Source of the DNA: Octopus sinensis
Lineage: Eukaryota
NCBI RefSeq assembly: GCF_006345805.1
Contig: NC_042997.1
Span: forward strand, 173,228,001 to 173,292,000
Direction: 5' to 3'
Length of the DNA: 64,000 nt
Below, piece by piece: positions 14,753 to 28,249 of this stretch. Position 1 is the stretch's first letter; every line of letters starts with the position of its first letter. A program made the position numbers and the translations under genes. Under the pieces are notes generated by a model. The model was given only the letters and a program-made list of their open reading frames with translations. It did no database searches and was not told the DNA's origin.

Positions 14753-15084
14753 AAAATCCTTCAAGGCGGCGCTGCTACAGTATGGCCGCAGTCAAATGAT
14801 TGAAAAAGGTAAAAGATACATAGAGCAGCCTTCACCCCCGGGCCGCGAATGTTTTTTTCCTACGATAGTTCCGGACCTCAGTTATGAACTCATTTGCATA
14901 CAGCCTATCAGGAGCTCAAAATCCTTCAAGGCGGCGCTACAGTATGGCCGCAGTCAAATGACTGAAAAAGGTAAAAGATACATAAAGCAGCCCACCCCCC
15001 ACCCCCCGGGTCGCGAATGCTTTTTCCCACGAGAGTTCCGGACCCCAGTTATGAACTCATTTGCATACAGCCTATCAGGAGCTC
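14753..15084. repeat. Tandem duplication (165/167 bp) of a SINE A tail plus flanking TIR motif
   Basis: Units 14753-14917 and 14918-15084 both start AAAATCCTTCAAGG and end GGAGCTC. Confidence 0.9.
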
Positions 15085-15982
15085 AACTATCAAACTAATT
15101 CATGCGCATACAAGTGATGGGAGATGATATAGTCACTTGGATAATAAAATGACCATGCTTCTTCTCTCTTTTAATAATGCTTGTTGTTCCTGTTCTTGTT
15201 ATTTGTGCTGTTGTTTACTTTGTATAATGACATGCATAAGATCTGGTCATCAAATCTAAGTAGAGACTTCAAACTTGAAATATTCAAAGCCACAGTCGAA
15301 CCAATTCTACTATATGGCTCAGAAACCTGGACGTTATCAAAGAAGCTTGAGAGGCGGTTGGATGGAACCTACACTCGCCTCCTTATGAGAGCTCAAAATC
15401 TCTCGTGGAAGCGCCATCCAACCAAAATGCAAATATATGGGAAACTACCACCTGTGTCATCTCTTGTGAAAGGTAAGGGAGTCCAGTTTGCTGGACATTG
15501 TTGTAGAGCTGAAAAAGAAGTAATTTCTACTCTTCTCCTCTGGAAGCCATCTACTCGCAATACCAGAGGGCGCACACTCTCCTACCCTGATGTAATCTCC
15601 GGGGATACAGACATCCAGCAACAGGACCTCCGTAATGCCATGATGGACCGTGAAGTCTGGCGTAGCATGGTAAATTCCATTGTCTCGACTACGGTCGAAC
15701 AATGATGATGATAACAGTAAGGGGAGAGGGTTGCAAGTACATCACTATCTACCCACATTTTCCCCATCCACATCTTTACCATATGCGGCCCCTAACAAAA
15801 TCTGATGATAGATATAGATGCAAATCTATCTAATTACTTGTCTCCTACAAAAAATCAGGCACAACTTTGCGATCGGTCGACATCGTTCTTCGTCTTGAGT
15901 GTGTTTATTAACTTGACATGGTCAAAGTGAGCTCTGATTGACTGTATGCAAATGAGTTCATTACTGGGGTCCGGAACTATCG
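15030..15982. mobile_element. Putative TIR element with ~56-bp inverted ends, hosting the RTE insertion
   Basis: The motif CGAKAGTTCCGGACCCCAGT(T/A)ATGAACTCATTTGCATACAG...GAGCTCA is on + at 15030-15085 and on - at 15928-15982. No TSD was identified. Confidence 0.55.
15226..15712 (+). mobile_element. 5'-truncated RTE-clade LINE (C-terminal ORF2 and (TGA)n tail)
   Basis: ORF 15181..15705 contains FKATVEPILLYGSETWTLSK...RLDGTYTRLL...DREVWRSMV, the RTE post-RT signature. It ends in a tgatgatgat tail. Confidence 0.9.
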
Positions 15983-18164
15983 TGGAGAACCGCGATGTTC
16001 ACAGCAAAGAATTCATTGGTTTATTCGCCTGTTGGCTCAAGTGTTAAAGCTAATCCTAAACGACAAAATTTGAATAATGTGACAGTTGTCAAACTCTATA
16101 TTGAATACCATAGCAACAATACATAACTTTTCAAAACGGTGTGTAACCTCACTAATTTTTCGTTTCAAGCATGTTTCTTCAGACCTATCATCTATTCCTT
16201 TATCTGTCTACATATGTGTGCAATGCCAAAAAAAAAAAAAAAAAAAAAAATCGCGTCTCGTGTGTCGAAGAAAACCTTGTACGAAATACTGATAATTTTT
16301 CTACACAACGGTATTAAATCCGTCGGGACACAGAGGACATTGCTCTGTTACTATTGTTTTCAAACATTTAAGAAACGTTATGTTTACATCGATCGGCCCC
16401 AACAATTACGGAGGAGGTAACAAGTCGATTACAACGACCCCAATGATCAACTGATGCTTATTTTCTCGACCCCGAACGGATGAAAGGCGATATTTGAACC
16501 AAGAAGGTAAGGACAGACGAAATACCTATTTCTATTTCTTTACTACCCACAAGGGGCTAAATACAGAGAGGACAAACAAGGACAGACAAACGGATTAAGT
16601 CGATTACATCGACCTCAGTGCATAACTGGTACTTAATTTATCGACCCCGAAAGAACGAAAGGCAAAGTCGACCTCGGCGGAATTTGAACTCAGAACGTGA
16701 CAGCAGACGAAATACTGCTAAGCATTTTACCCGGCGTGCTAACGTTTCTGTCAGCTCGCCGTCTTGATAATATACACAGATGTTTATTTAATGAGTTGTG
16801 CATATCAAAATATGAACAGAATTAAAAGTGAATCCTACATAAACGTACATTTGAGTAGGTAAGAATAAATGGGAAATAACACGTGGATTAATGCCAGAAG
16901 ACGGCATGCCCATACACACAGACGCAAACACAAATGCTGCACAAAAACCTGTGCTCCTTACACCAGAACCAAGATAAAACAAAAATAGTTAACAAATACA
17001 ATTAATATTAAATCATTGAGTGCAAACAGAAAGACACACGCATACACACAGTTGCGATTCACTATATGAGACATTATGTGGTATAAATTTAAGATGGACT
17101 TTGAATTTACAGCTAATATTTAGGAAACCCACGCCTATGTGTATTCATTCAGCTGCTTCTAAAGCTATGTTGTTAGCGGTTTGTTATTGTTCTGTCGGTG
17201 GAAATCGAACGTAAAGTGATGCAGCTAAACACTTATCTACCACTACATCTGCTACGTCCTTTCATTAATAATCCTTACTATTAAACGCATACGGCTGGGA
17301 ATTTTGGGGTATGACACTAATCGATCATATCGACCCCAGTGGTGGTGATGAAGATGACTTCAAATTTTGACAGAAGGCCAGCAATTTCGGGAGAGGGGAT
17401 AAATCGATTATATCCACCCCAGTGATCAACTGGTATCATCAATTGGTACTTATTTTATCGACTCCGAAAGGATTAAAGGCGAAGTAGACTTCGGCGGAAT
17501 TTGAACTAAGAACGTAAAGACGGATGAAATGTCGCTAAGCATTTTGTCCAGCGTGCTAACGTTTCTGCCAGCTCGCCGCCATACTAACAATAATACTTTC
17601 TACAATAGGTACAAAGCCTGATGGGGAACGGACTAGTCGATTCACTGGTACTTAATTTATCGACCTCGAAAGGATGAAAAGTAAAGTCAACCTCGGCGGA
17701 ATTTGAACTCAGAACGTAGCGACGGGCGGTATTTCGCCCGTCGCTACGTTCTGGGTTCAAATTCCGCCGTCGGGTCGCTAAGCACTTCGCCCGGCCGCAA
17801 AAGATTCTTATTCTTTATTGCCCACAGGGGGCTAAACATAGAGGGGACAAACAAGGAAAAAAGGATTAAGACGATTACAGCGACCCCAGTGCGTAACTGG
17901 TACTTAATTTATCGACCCCGAAAGGATGAAAGGCAAAGTCGACCTCGGCGGAATTTGAACTCAGAACGTAGAGACAGACGAAATACTGCTAAGCATTTCG
18001 CCCGGCGTGCTAACGTTTCTGCCAGCTCGCAGCCTTAATAATAATTTCTTTTATTAGCCACAGAGATAAAGGGAGCATCACAAGGAGAGAGAACCTTTTG
18101 TGTGCGGATTTACATAAAGGATGTAGAAAAGACGGTGAAAAGCGATTAGAGTGTATATAATATA

Positions 18165-18550
18165 CAAAGTATGTAATAATATGAATAACGCGGTCCTCTT
18201 GAAATAGGAGAAACCCCAGCTAGGGCCAATCAAGGAACCTCACAGAATTACCCTGACCACCGAAGGTACGAGCCCTTTCTCCTGCTCTCCAATCTACAGG
18301 CGCATACTCAGAGGAGGACCATTCACTGTAACTGTTTTTATCTCAGTCATCCATCTTTTTCACAAATTCAATTGGAGGTAGCACTTCCCTCTCTATCCTC
18401 ATTTTCCTTTTCAAGTGGAACTTCAAAAAGTCAATGAGAGCCTGACCGAAGAAGGAGGTGTCTTTCTCCAATCCTTTAAGGCCTCATCCATGAACCACAC
18501 AACCGCTTTCGCCATCCCTGTGCCAATAGTAACAACTATAGGTACATGGC
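18165..18550 (-). mobile_element. 3' fragment of a Tx1/L1-clade LINE
   Basis: The minus strand gives AKAVVW, then QALIDFLKFHLKRKMRIEREVLPPIEFVK(fs)RW..., which is typical of Tx1-like ORF2 C-termini (recalled). A 3' UTR follows. Confidence 0.55.
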
Positions 18551-19315
18551 TTGGAATTTCGAGGGGAGAGGGGGAAGCTAGTCGATTGCATCGACCCCTA
18601 GAGTTCAACTGGTTGAGCTTGAAAGATATGAAAAACGAAAGTCAACCTCGTCGGAAATTGATCTCAGAATGTAAGGGAAACGGAAGAAATGCCGCTTAGT
18701 GGTAACGGTAATAATCGCTTCTAATATAGGCGTAAGACTAGAAATTTACAGTTCCAACGGTACAATCAATTAAATCAATCTCAATACTCGACAAATATTT
18801 TTTTTTATCATGGGCGTAGGAGTGGCTGTGTGGTAAGTGGCTTGATTACCAATCATATGGTTCCGGGTACAGTACCACTGCGTGGCACCTTGGGCAAGTG
18901 TCTTCTACCATAGCCTCGGGTCGACCAAAGACTTATGAGTGGATTTGGTAGACGGAAACTTAAAGAAGCCCGTCGTGTGTGTGTGTGTGTGTGTGTCTGT
19001 CCTCTCCCAACGTCGCTTCACAACCGATGCTGGTGTGCTTACGTCCTCATTACTTAGCGGTTCGGCAAAAGCGACCGATAGAATAAAGTAGTAGGCTTAC
19101 AAAGAATAAGTCCCGGGGGTCGATTTGCTCGACTAAAAGGCGGTGCTCCAGCATGGCCACAGTCAAATGATTGAAACAAGTAAGAGAGTAAAAGTGTAAT
19201 TCTGGTAGAATGAAAGGCAAAGCTGACCGCAGTGAGATTTGAACTTGAACCATAAAAGAGAGAACAAATACAAGGAATGTTGTCTGACGATAACGTCTTT
19301 GGTCCAGACACGAGG

Positions 19316-19356
<41 letters not shown>

Positions 19357-20559
19357 GTGATGGTGGGAGTCGGTCGATAAAATGGGTTCCATATAAAAGG
19401 CGTGCAATAAAAGAGCTACAATAGACAGACATATGTTCTATACATAGAACACCAGAATCAAATCAATCAAATCGATTGACCGACCGAGCGATCAATCAAT
19501 CGAATGACTTGAACAAAAGAACACGATGACAATTACAAATATTCGATTCTTGTTAGTTTTGCGTATAAGAACTATTGACTGAGCTCACAGCTGTTTGGCC
19601 GAATCCAGGTAGGCGCCCACGAAGAGGATAAGAGTAAAAGTGCTGATGGTGGTGGTGGTGGGGGGGGGAATATTTACAAACCAGTGGGATACGATAGTAG
19701 TTTATCAATAAAATAACTTGTCTTGCTACCAGCGAATGATAACCACACTAAAACAGGATGGAAAGAAGCTTGATTTAAATACCCAATTTGAAAGAAATTT
19801 TGCTCTTTTTAGTATCTATTTCTTTACTACCCACAAGGGGCTAAACACAGAGGGGACAAACAAGGACAGACAAACGGATCAAGTCAATTACACTGACCCC
19901 AGTGCGTAACTGGTACGTAATTTATCGACCCCGAAAGGATGAAAGGCAAAGTCGACCTCGGCGGAATTTGAACTCAGAACGTAACGGCAGACGAAATACG
20001 GCTACGCATTTCGCCCGGCGTGCTAACAGTTCTGCCAGCTTGCAAGAGTGATAGGTAACACAGTCACCTGGTATGAAAAGGTGTAATGGTTCGAGTTCCG
20101 GGCACTACAGTAGGTTTTTTTTTTTTTTTTTTTTCACCTTTATCTCATATTTGTGCTTCTGACATCTAATATCATTTTACATTCTGCATCACAGCAGTTT
20201 AAATTCATTCACAAATGACCGACTTTGTCAGCATACAATAAGTAACACAAGAAATCCCGCCCACCACCTTTTCCATTCTTTTGTTTCAACAAATACAGGA
20301 ACAAAATGATTTAGCTATGGTAGACGAAAAGCATTTTTTTTTTTTTTACCCAACTAAATTTTTCTTACGACCGCTAAACATCTGGGATGATAACTGACTT
20401 CTTTCTAAATCGTTAATAACTTAAAATAAGAAAAACACAGAATAATCCTTACCCAGAGCTACATAACAAATCTGGGATAAGATGCTTCATTTTGCATAGC
20501 TTAGTATACAGTTAGATATTACAGTAAAACCGAATTGAGCAAAATTAATTGACCGGATC

Positions 20560-20978
20560 TTTTCGGTTTGAACGGCAGTTTTTTACATAATTTCTAGGTA
20601 ACTAAAACACTTTTAAACTTTGTATACAGGTAGAATGTGTTTATAAAACATCTTTTTCTCTTGGCTTTATTGAGAAAATTCTATAGTTTGTAAGATATTT
20701 ATTGTTTTTTTTTTTTCTTCAATTTCTGCAATTTCAACCAATCACTGACGTCCATTGAGGTAAACGACATTCTGTACCGTATGAATATGTCCCTCGTTTA
20801 AGAAACAGATTGGGTTTATTTACATTTGTGAAGAAAAAAAAGATACCCTTCCCCCCACCCCTAACTAACCCTAACCCTAAAACTGATTGAAATGCAATAG
20901 ATCGATACTAGGGTCATAATTATGGGTGACAATTTCATATGACACCGCTAGAAAAAAAACTGCCGTTCAAACCGAAAA
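20560..20978. mobile_element. TIR element (MITE-like) with an internal CCCTAA motif
   Basis: Perfect 25-bp inverted repeats TTTTCGGTTTGAACGGCAGTTTTTT at 20560-20584 and 20954-20978. CCCTAACTAACCCTAACCCTAA lies at ~20859-20880. Confidence 0.75.
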
Positions 20979-21562
20979 TGAAAAGAAAGAAAAATGGCCC
21001 GCAACGAGGTATTAACTAAAGAAAGACTACAAAGAAACCACACGGATGATTTTTTTTTTTTTTACCTCAAGCGAGTCTTAAATATAAAATGAAATTTAAT
21101 AGCAATAACAATGACGATTTTGGTGTTGGGACCCTGTGACATATTTGGGGTTTCAGCACTAATCGATCTTATATGAATTAACTGCAGTGTTTAATTGGTA
21201 CATATTTTAACAAGGTGTCATCACGAGAGGAACAGAACTATGAAGTAAGTACATCTATTAAAAAAAAGAGGATTTGGCAGGCGAAAGCTAAGTTGAGGGG
21301 CGAGTATAATAATGATGATTTTCTCGGGATAATTTTATCGAGGTAGAAAAAAAAGGAAGATAAAGATGAAAAATAAAAGAAAATATATTGAGCTTAAGGC
21401 GAGGAATTTGCCGGAAATGGAGCACCAAATCGTAGCCAGTGTAAAATTGGTAATATTATTGTCGATACAATGCAAAGAAAAGAATACTATAACACACACA
21501 TTTCTCTGAAAAAATTATTCAGCCACTGAAGCCGTTCTATCAATACATGATACATCATACAC

Positions 21563-21593
<31 letters not shown>

Positions 21594-22355
21594 TAAGGGT
21601 ACGAAGAAATTTTTATAACATACATATTATACACAAATAAGATTACATTATTTCACATTCGAAAAAAAAAGAAATTTCTTCTTTCGTAGCATAAAAATGT
21701 AAACTTTCAAAATAACCTTACCTGTTTTTTCCTTGATTTCGCATAAAACACTGAATAAAGCAGGTTTCATACGATGACAGTTTAGCGTGTGTTTCCTGGA
21801 AGGAAGAAAAAACAGAGAGAAACTAGAGTTATTAAAAAGAAGAAGGGAAAAAAAAAAAAAGATATTGTATAACAGATTAACAGTAACACAATTCACGCTA
21901 TATACAAAATAAAGGGGGAAAAAAAACCAATCTCAATAAAGTTAAAACAACTGGATACATACAATGTTAAAATTTATCGCATGCAGCAAAAATATTTATT
22001 TATTTCTGCTGGCGTATACTGTGTAATAATTAAGTTTATGTTGTTTGTACACTAACATGCATTGTTCGTGTGCGTGACAGAGATGCACGTGTATGCAACT
22101 AACTGCCTGTGTGTGCGTGCGCGCGTATATATATATATATATATATTTACTCTTTTACTAGTTAGTCATTTGACTGCGGCCATGCTGGAGCACCGCCGCC
22201 TTCAGTCGAGCAAATCGACCCCCCGGGACTTATTCTTTGTAAACCTAGTACTTATTCTATCGGTCTCCTTTGCCGAACCGCTAGGTGACGGGGACGTAAA
22301 CACACCAGCATCGGTTGTCAGGCAATGCTAGGGGGACAAACAGACACACAAACAT

Positions 22356-22387
<32 letters not shown>

Positions 22388-22749
22388 TATATAAAAGGGC
22401 TTAGTAAAATAAATTACTTTGCCGCATACTGAACTCATTAGAAATAGCAGCTAAAAAACTTTTTTAAGGCTATTTCTAATACTTAAAGAAAATGAATTCG
22501 CCTTGAATGGTCCCTTTGCATACTGAACACTTGGTGAAATTGATTAATAATTAATTAATTTTGCCCTCAATTGTTGAAATTATATATATATATATATATA
22601 CGACAGGCTTCTTTCAGTTTCCGTCTACCAAATCCACTCACAAGGCATTGGTCGGCCCAGGGCTATAGTAGAAGACACTTGCCCATGATGCCACGCAGTG
22701 GGACTGAACCCGGAACGATGTGGTTGGTAAACAAGCTACTTACCACACA

Positions 22750-22803
<54 letters not shown>

Positions 22804-23119
22804 GCATGCTGCATCACCATCGGTTTAGTGAGATACTTAAATCACCTAGGTTTCCAGGCGCACATTGACGGGGGTCCTACAAAGAAATGTTATTAAGCAG
22901 CATTTGAGTTCAGGGCAGGATAGCCGAGGAAGGAAGGATCCGTGAATATCTGAGGGTCCCCCCTAAACCCGTCGAACGGTTCCAAATGCAAGACTCTCAG
23001 AGGCCCTTTATACATAAGCACGCATATATAATACCGGCACACACACACACAATGGCACAATAAATTTCTGATTATAATTGATATCGAGACTTTTATATCA
23101 GTAAAAGTTTATTTAACAC

Positions 23120-23155
<36 letters not shown>

Positions 23156-23315
23156 AACACACACCTGAGCAGGGCAGTCTCGGCCGAGGAATTTTTCAGT
23201 TATCCAAACTCTGAACATAAGACATCTAACTAGCAGAAATCAAAAGGTCCAAAGATTATATTTGCAAAGAAGTGCTTACGCCGAACCTGAGGGTGGGGAT
23301 ATATACGCTGCATTG

Positions 23316-23353
<38 letters not shown>

Positions 23354-23577
23354 TATGACTGAAGAAGGGTTTTTTTTTCTTTGTGTTAATTGTCCTGTAC
23401 TCTATATTTTTTTGTTGTTTAAAAAAATGTCCAGTCCTTGGGTTCGTGTCTATGTTTTCGTTTCTCATTGTGTTCGACGTCTTTTTGGTGTCCGTACTCA
23501 TATATGCGTGTATATATACATGTAGAGGTAGGTACGTACATATATGTTTATATATATGCATTATGTTTTATTTATTA

Positions 23578-23612
<35 letters not shown>

Positions 23613-24157
23613 ATATATATGAGAGAGAGGAGAGAGAGGAGAGAGAGGAGAGAGAGGAGAGAGACAGAGAGAGACACGCGAGATGTACATATGTAAAACA
23701 CCCACACAAACTAACCTATTCCGACACGCACAAAGGGGGGAAAATATTTATACAGACCGACACGGTAGGTTTGAGTGGGTGTATAAGTGTATAGAAGAAA
23801 TCAATCAGTTACAGGGATTCGTTAGAATCTTAGTATTTGAACATTCAGGACGGCGGGAAGGGGTCGAGTCCCACACATACATACGTACACGTATCGTACA
23901 TATACATACTACCTTATACATATAAGATTAAGAATGGATTCGTAAGGGAAACTATCTACAGGGTGATTCATAGCTTCGTACGGATAAACAAGCTATAAAT
24001 GTAATTAATGATTATGCCCCGAGTGCAGCCGGTGTGATTATGTTATGTATTGCTGACTTCGCGAGATTTTTCAATGCCAAACAATAATATACTATTTGAG
24101 AGACTCGTTTAGTCAGATCCACAACAAACGTGTGTGTATACGTATATGCACATAAGC

Positions 24158-24215
<58 letters not shown>

Positions 24216-24960
24216 GCACTCAGGTACGTGATGCACGCACACACACATATTTCTATAAGCAAATATATACATGCATACATATACATCTGTATATGCGAAC
24301 ATATATACATGTGTATGTAAATAGGTATATATTATATATATATATATATACACCTAAATGCATGCATATATATATATATATATACCTATATGCATGCATA
24401 TATATATATACATATATGCATAAATATACATATATGCATATATATACATATATACATATATGCATATATATACATACATATGTATATGTAATATATATAG
24501 ATGTATATATATATGTATATGGTTACACACACACACATATATATATATGCATATATATGCACCCACATACACACGCATATGTGGGTACAGGATGTCACAA
24601 ACAATAAATATGCATATATATATGCATATTAATGTGCATACACGCACACAAGTACGTAGATATCAACACACGCACGTGATTGTCTTAGCAAATATTCATG
24701 CATTTAACATATATATACATATATACGATTAGGCGGGTATGTATACATGCCTGTATAATTTGCATGTGTACGTAAAGGAAGGCAGAATACATACAGATGA
24801 AAATGGACACGGAGAGAATATATATATACAAGCAAATATATACACGGATTTTCATCTAAGTCTTGTGTAAAATAAACCATTCATAATGAATAATAAAAAA
24901 GCGCGGTTGGAGACACGCCCCCCCCCCATATATATATGTATATATATATATATATATATA

Positions 24961-25177
24961 AAAAAGGGTAAAGACCCCCTTCGGTCATGAATGACCATGG
25001 GATTGCACCTAGAAAGTTACCCTCCTAGACACAAGTCCGGGCAAGGTTGTTTATGGAAGACCAGCAGTCGCCCATGCATACCGGCCTCCCCTCTCCACGC
25101 CACCAGTGTTATCCAAGGGAAAGACAAAGGTCGATACAGCTTGGAACCAGTGACGTCGCAACTCATTTCTACAGCTA
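24961..25177 (-). mobile_element. Additional short interspersed repeat family
   Basis: A discrete GC-richer block between (TA)n tracts. A decayed relative is at ~48160-48360. Confidence 0.65.
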
Positions 25178-25461
25178 TATATATATATATAAACAAGGAA
25201 TTTCCGAGCCGATGATAGAAATGTTGTTTGACTAATCTTGAAACGTACGTTCTCGAATACCTTAGCATTTGATTTTTCGATGTCATTACCCCAAACTTTT
25301 GTGAGTTAAATTATGCAAACACTATATATGAGAGAGATTTTCTAAGTATTAGAAATAGCCTTAAAAAAGTTTTTTAGCTGCTATTTCTAATGAGTCAGTA
25401 TGCGGCAAAGTAATTTATTTACTAAGCCCTTTTATATATAATATATATATATATATATATA

Positions 25462-25823
25462 GGCAATCTTTCGTCTCTAGTAGACCTTTCCGTCGATTTC
25501 CGTAAAAAAAATTTTTTTTTTACATATGGGCTTGCGGGAACTTTTGCGGGAACTTTTGAAGTAATAAGAGCGAAAGAGACTAAGAGAAAGCGATTGTATG
25601 ACGAGGGAAGTTCTTTTGAAGTTACCGTGCATGGAAAGCATTGATGTACATGTGTGTGTGTGTGTGTGTGTGTGTTTGATGGGGTGTGGGGGACAGACAA
25701 TCGCTTTCTCTTAGTCTCTTTCGCTCTCATTACTTCAAAAATTCCCGCAAGCCCATATGTAAAAAAAAAATAAATTTTTTTACTGAAATCGACGGAAAGG
25801 TCTACTAGAGACGAAAGATCGCC
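25462..25823. mobile_element. Fold-back element with ~130-bp TIRs, embedded in (TA)n
   Basis: Left arm 25462-25597 and right arm 25697-25823 are near-identical inverted copies. The left arm has an extra 12-bp duplication. The spacer is ~99 bp. Confidence 0.85.
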
Positions 25824-25859
<36 letters not shown>

Positions 25860-26183
25860 TAACTTCCCAGACATGATGGTCCGAAACCTCGTAATCTGCC
25901 CTAATTTATGAGCAGGAACTTCAAATTCCCATGGCCGCCAGACTAGGTTATTAGGCGGCCCTGTTCCACTGTACGTTGTACGGTACAGCAGTACTAAAAA
26001 ACTTTTATCATTTATACTTAATGTACAGATACCTGTACGTTAGAAATAAATCCAATTTGTTTCATTCAGAGGGGACCAACACACTGCTTCGGAAAAATCA
26101 GTGAAGGCTTTGGAGCCAAAAGGCTCCGAAAAATCGATGTGGTACTCGTATATACATACATATATGTGGGACAGCTGAGTATA

Positions 26184-26710
26184 CAGGGTGGGCCAAAACT
26201 AGGTTTACAGTTATTCAACTACCTCTTTCGCATTCATATATTAACAGTTTAGAATTGTTCTTTTAGCAAGACGGAGCACCTCCACATTATGCGTTGATGG
26301 TAAGAGAATACCTTAACCAAGCCTTTCCACAACGTTTGTTTGGAAGACGGGGCAGCATCGAACGGCCACTACGTTCACCTGACCTAACACCAATGGATTT
26401 CATTTTTCGGGGTTTTGTAAAGAACAAGGTTTATGAGAAGAATCCCAAAACAGTAAGTGAATTGAAAGATTACATTTCTGACGCATTTACTGAAATTGAT
26501 GGAGATCGGAATTTGAGCCGCACCTCGTGTCAAAGTGTTCCGAAGAGGTTTGGAGAATGTTGCAATGTTGAAGGAGGGCATTTTGAGCATCTGTTTCAGA
26601 TGTACATAAACAATATGATTGTAAGACAGAAATTTAAATGTAATAAAATGTTTTAAAAGAAATTTAAAGTGCCTACGTGATAACCGTAAACCTACTTATG
26701 GGCCACCCTG
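26184..26710 (+). mobile_element. Internally deleted Tc1/mariner element with TIRs, TA TSD and transposase C-terminus
   Basis: 29-bp imperfect TIRs: CAGGGTGGGCCAAAACTAGGTTTACAGTT, and on the other end the reverse complement CAGGGTGGCCCATAAGTAGGTTTACGGTT. TA lies on both sides. ORF 26294..26656 has RSPDLTPMDF..GFVKNKVY, the mariner motif carrying the third catalytic Asp. Confidence 0.92.
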
Positions 26711-27823
26711 TATAATTTATATATTCTTACGTTTACTTCAGTTATTGGACTGCGATCATGCTGGCACCGCCTTGATAGACTGTAGCCATGCTGGGGTCTA
26801 GCTGAACAAATCGATCCCAGCACTTATTCTATCGGTGTGTTTTTGACGAACTGGTAAGTTACGGTGTGGGGGGGGGGCATAAACAAACCGTATATACAAA
26901 TATGTATACAAGTCAACCAAATCCACTCACAAAGCTTTGATCAGCCCAAGGCTATAGCAGAAAATACCTGTCCAAGGTGCTACGCAGTGGGACTTGAACC
27001 CGGAAACATGTGGTCAAGCGAATTTACCACACAGCCACGACTGCGCCTACACACACACACACACACACACACTTTCGTACGAACGCACGCACACGCTAGT
27101 ATACTTGCGATATCCAGTAATGGAAATGCTGGCAGAAACGTTAGCACGCCGGGCGAAATGCTGAGCAGTATTTCGCCTGTCTCTACGTTCTGAGTTCAAA
27201 TTCCGCCGAGGTCGACTTTGCCTTTCATCCTTTCGGGGTCGATAAATTAAGTACCAGTTACGCACCAGATATAATCGACTTAATCCATTTGTCTGTCCTT
27301 GTTTGTCCTCTCTGTGTTTAGCTCCTTGTGGGTAGTAAAGAAACAGGTACGCTAAGGTTCGCGAGGATGAGGGTGTTATAGAGGAACTAGACAGTTTAAA
27401 CCACCCACTTCTGTAAAGTGAAAAGTAACGCTCCACCTGCGTATTCCACACGTAGTGACGTCGTGTACTGTCTACTTATTCGATAAAACAATTATTACAA
27501 TTATCAAAATAAATAATGCGCCTTACATGAAAGGATAATGACTTTTTAAAAAATTATTGACAGGAAAAGAAATAGAAAAAAAAAATAAAGCAAATTAGAG
27601 TAAATAATATTGAACTATATGGAGTGAAGCGTGTGATTCTGTGTATGTTGTACTCATGCATGATGTTTGTGGGAGTACTATTCGGTTGGTTTGAATGTAC
27701 ATGTGTGTGTGTGTGCGTACCGTTGAACTGATACAAGTCAATTTACAGAGACAAATACACGCAACACCGCCACCAAAACATAAACAGATACACGTATTAC
27801 TCACACTCTACACAACACACACA

Positions 27824-27865
<42 letters not shown>

Positions 27866-28249
27866 TAAATTAGAGATAAAACCACTATTAGGCAAATCAA
27901 ACAGTGAAAATCATAAGCCAATACATATAATAATATATATACAAATAATGTATATATATATACACACACACACACATACACACACCCAAAAGATATATAC
28001 TCTCGGAGTGGTTGGCGTTAGGAAGGGCATCCAGCTGTAGAAACTCAGCCAGATCAGATTGGAGTCTGGTGCAGCCATCTGGTTCGCTAGTCCTCAGTCA
28101 AATCGTCCAGCCCATGCTAGCATGGAAAGCGGACGTTAAACGATGATGACGATGATTTACATAGCGTGCCACCAAGAAGATGTTAACATCTGATAACTCA
28201 ATTTTCACTTTATAGATTTACTAATTAGAAAGACTGAAATAAACCTGAC

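Noticed and set aside
24012-24732. Cluster of 65-157 aa ORFs rich in Y/I/C/H
   Set aside because: Degenerate (TA)/(CA) microsatellite with no coding signal. The same applies to the ORFs at 2194-3091 and 55283-55744, apart from the short candidate exon.
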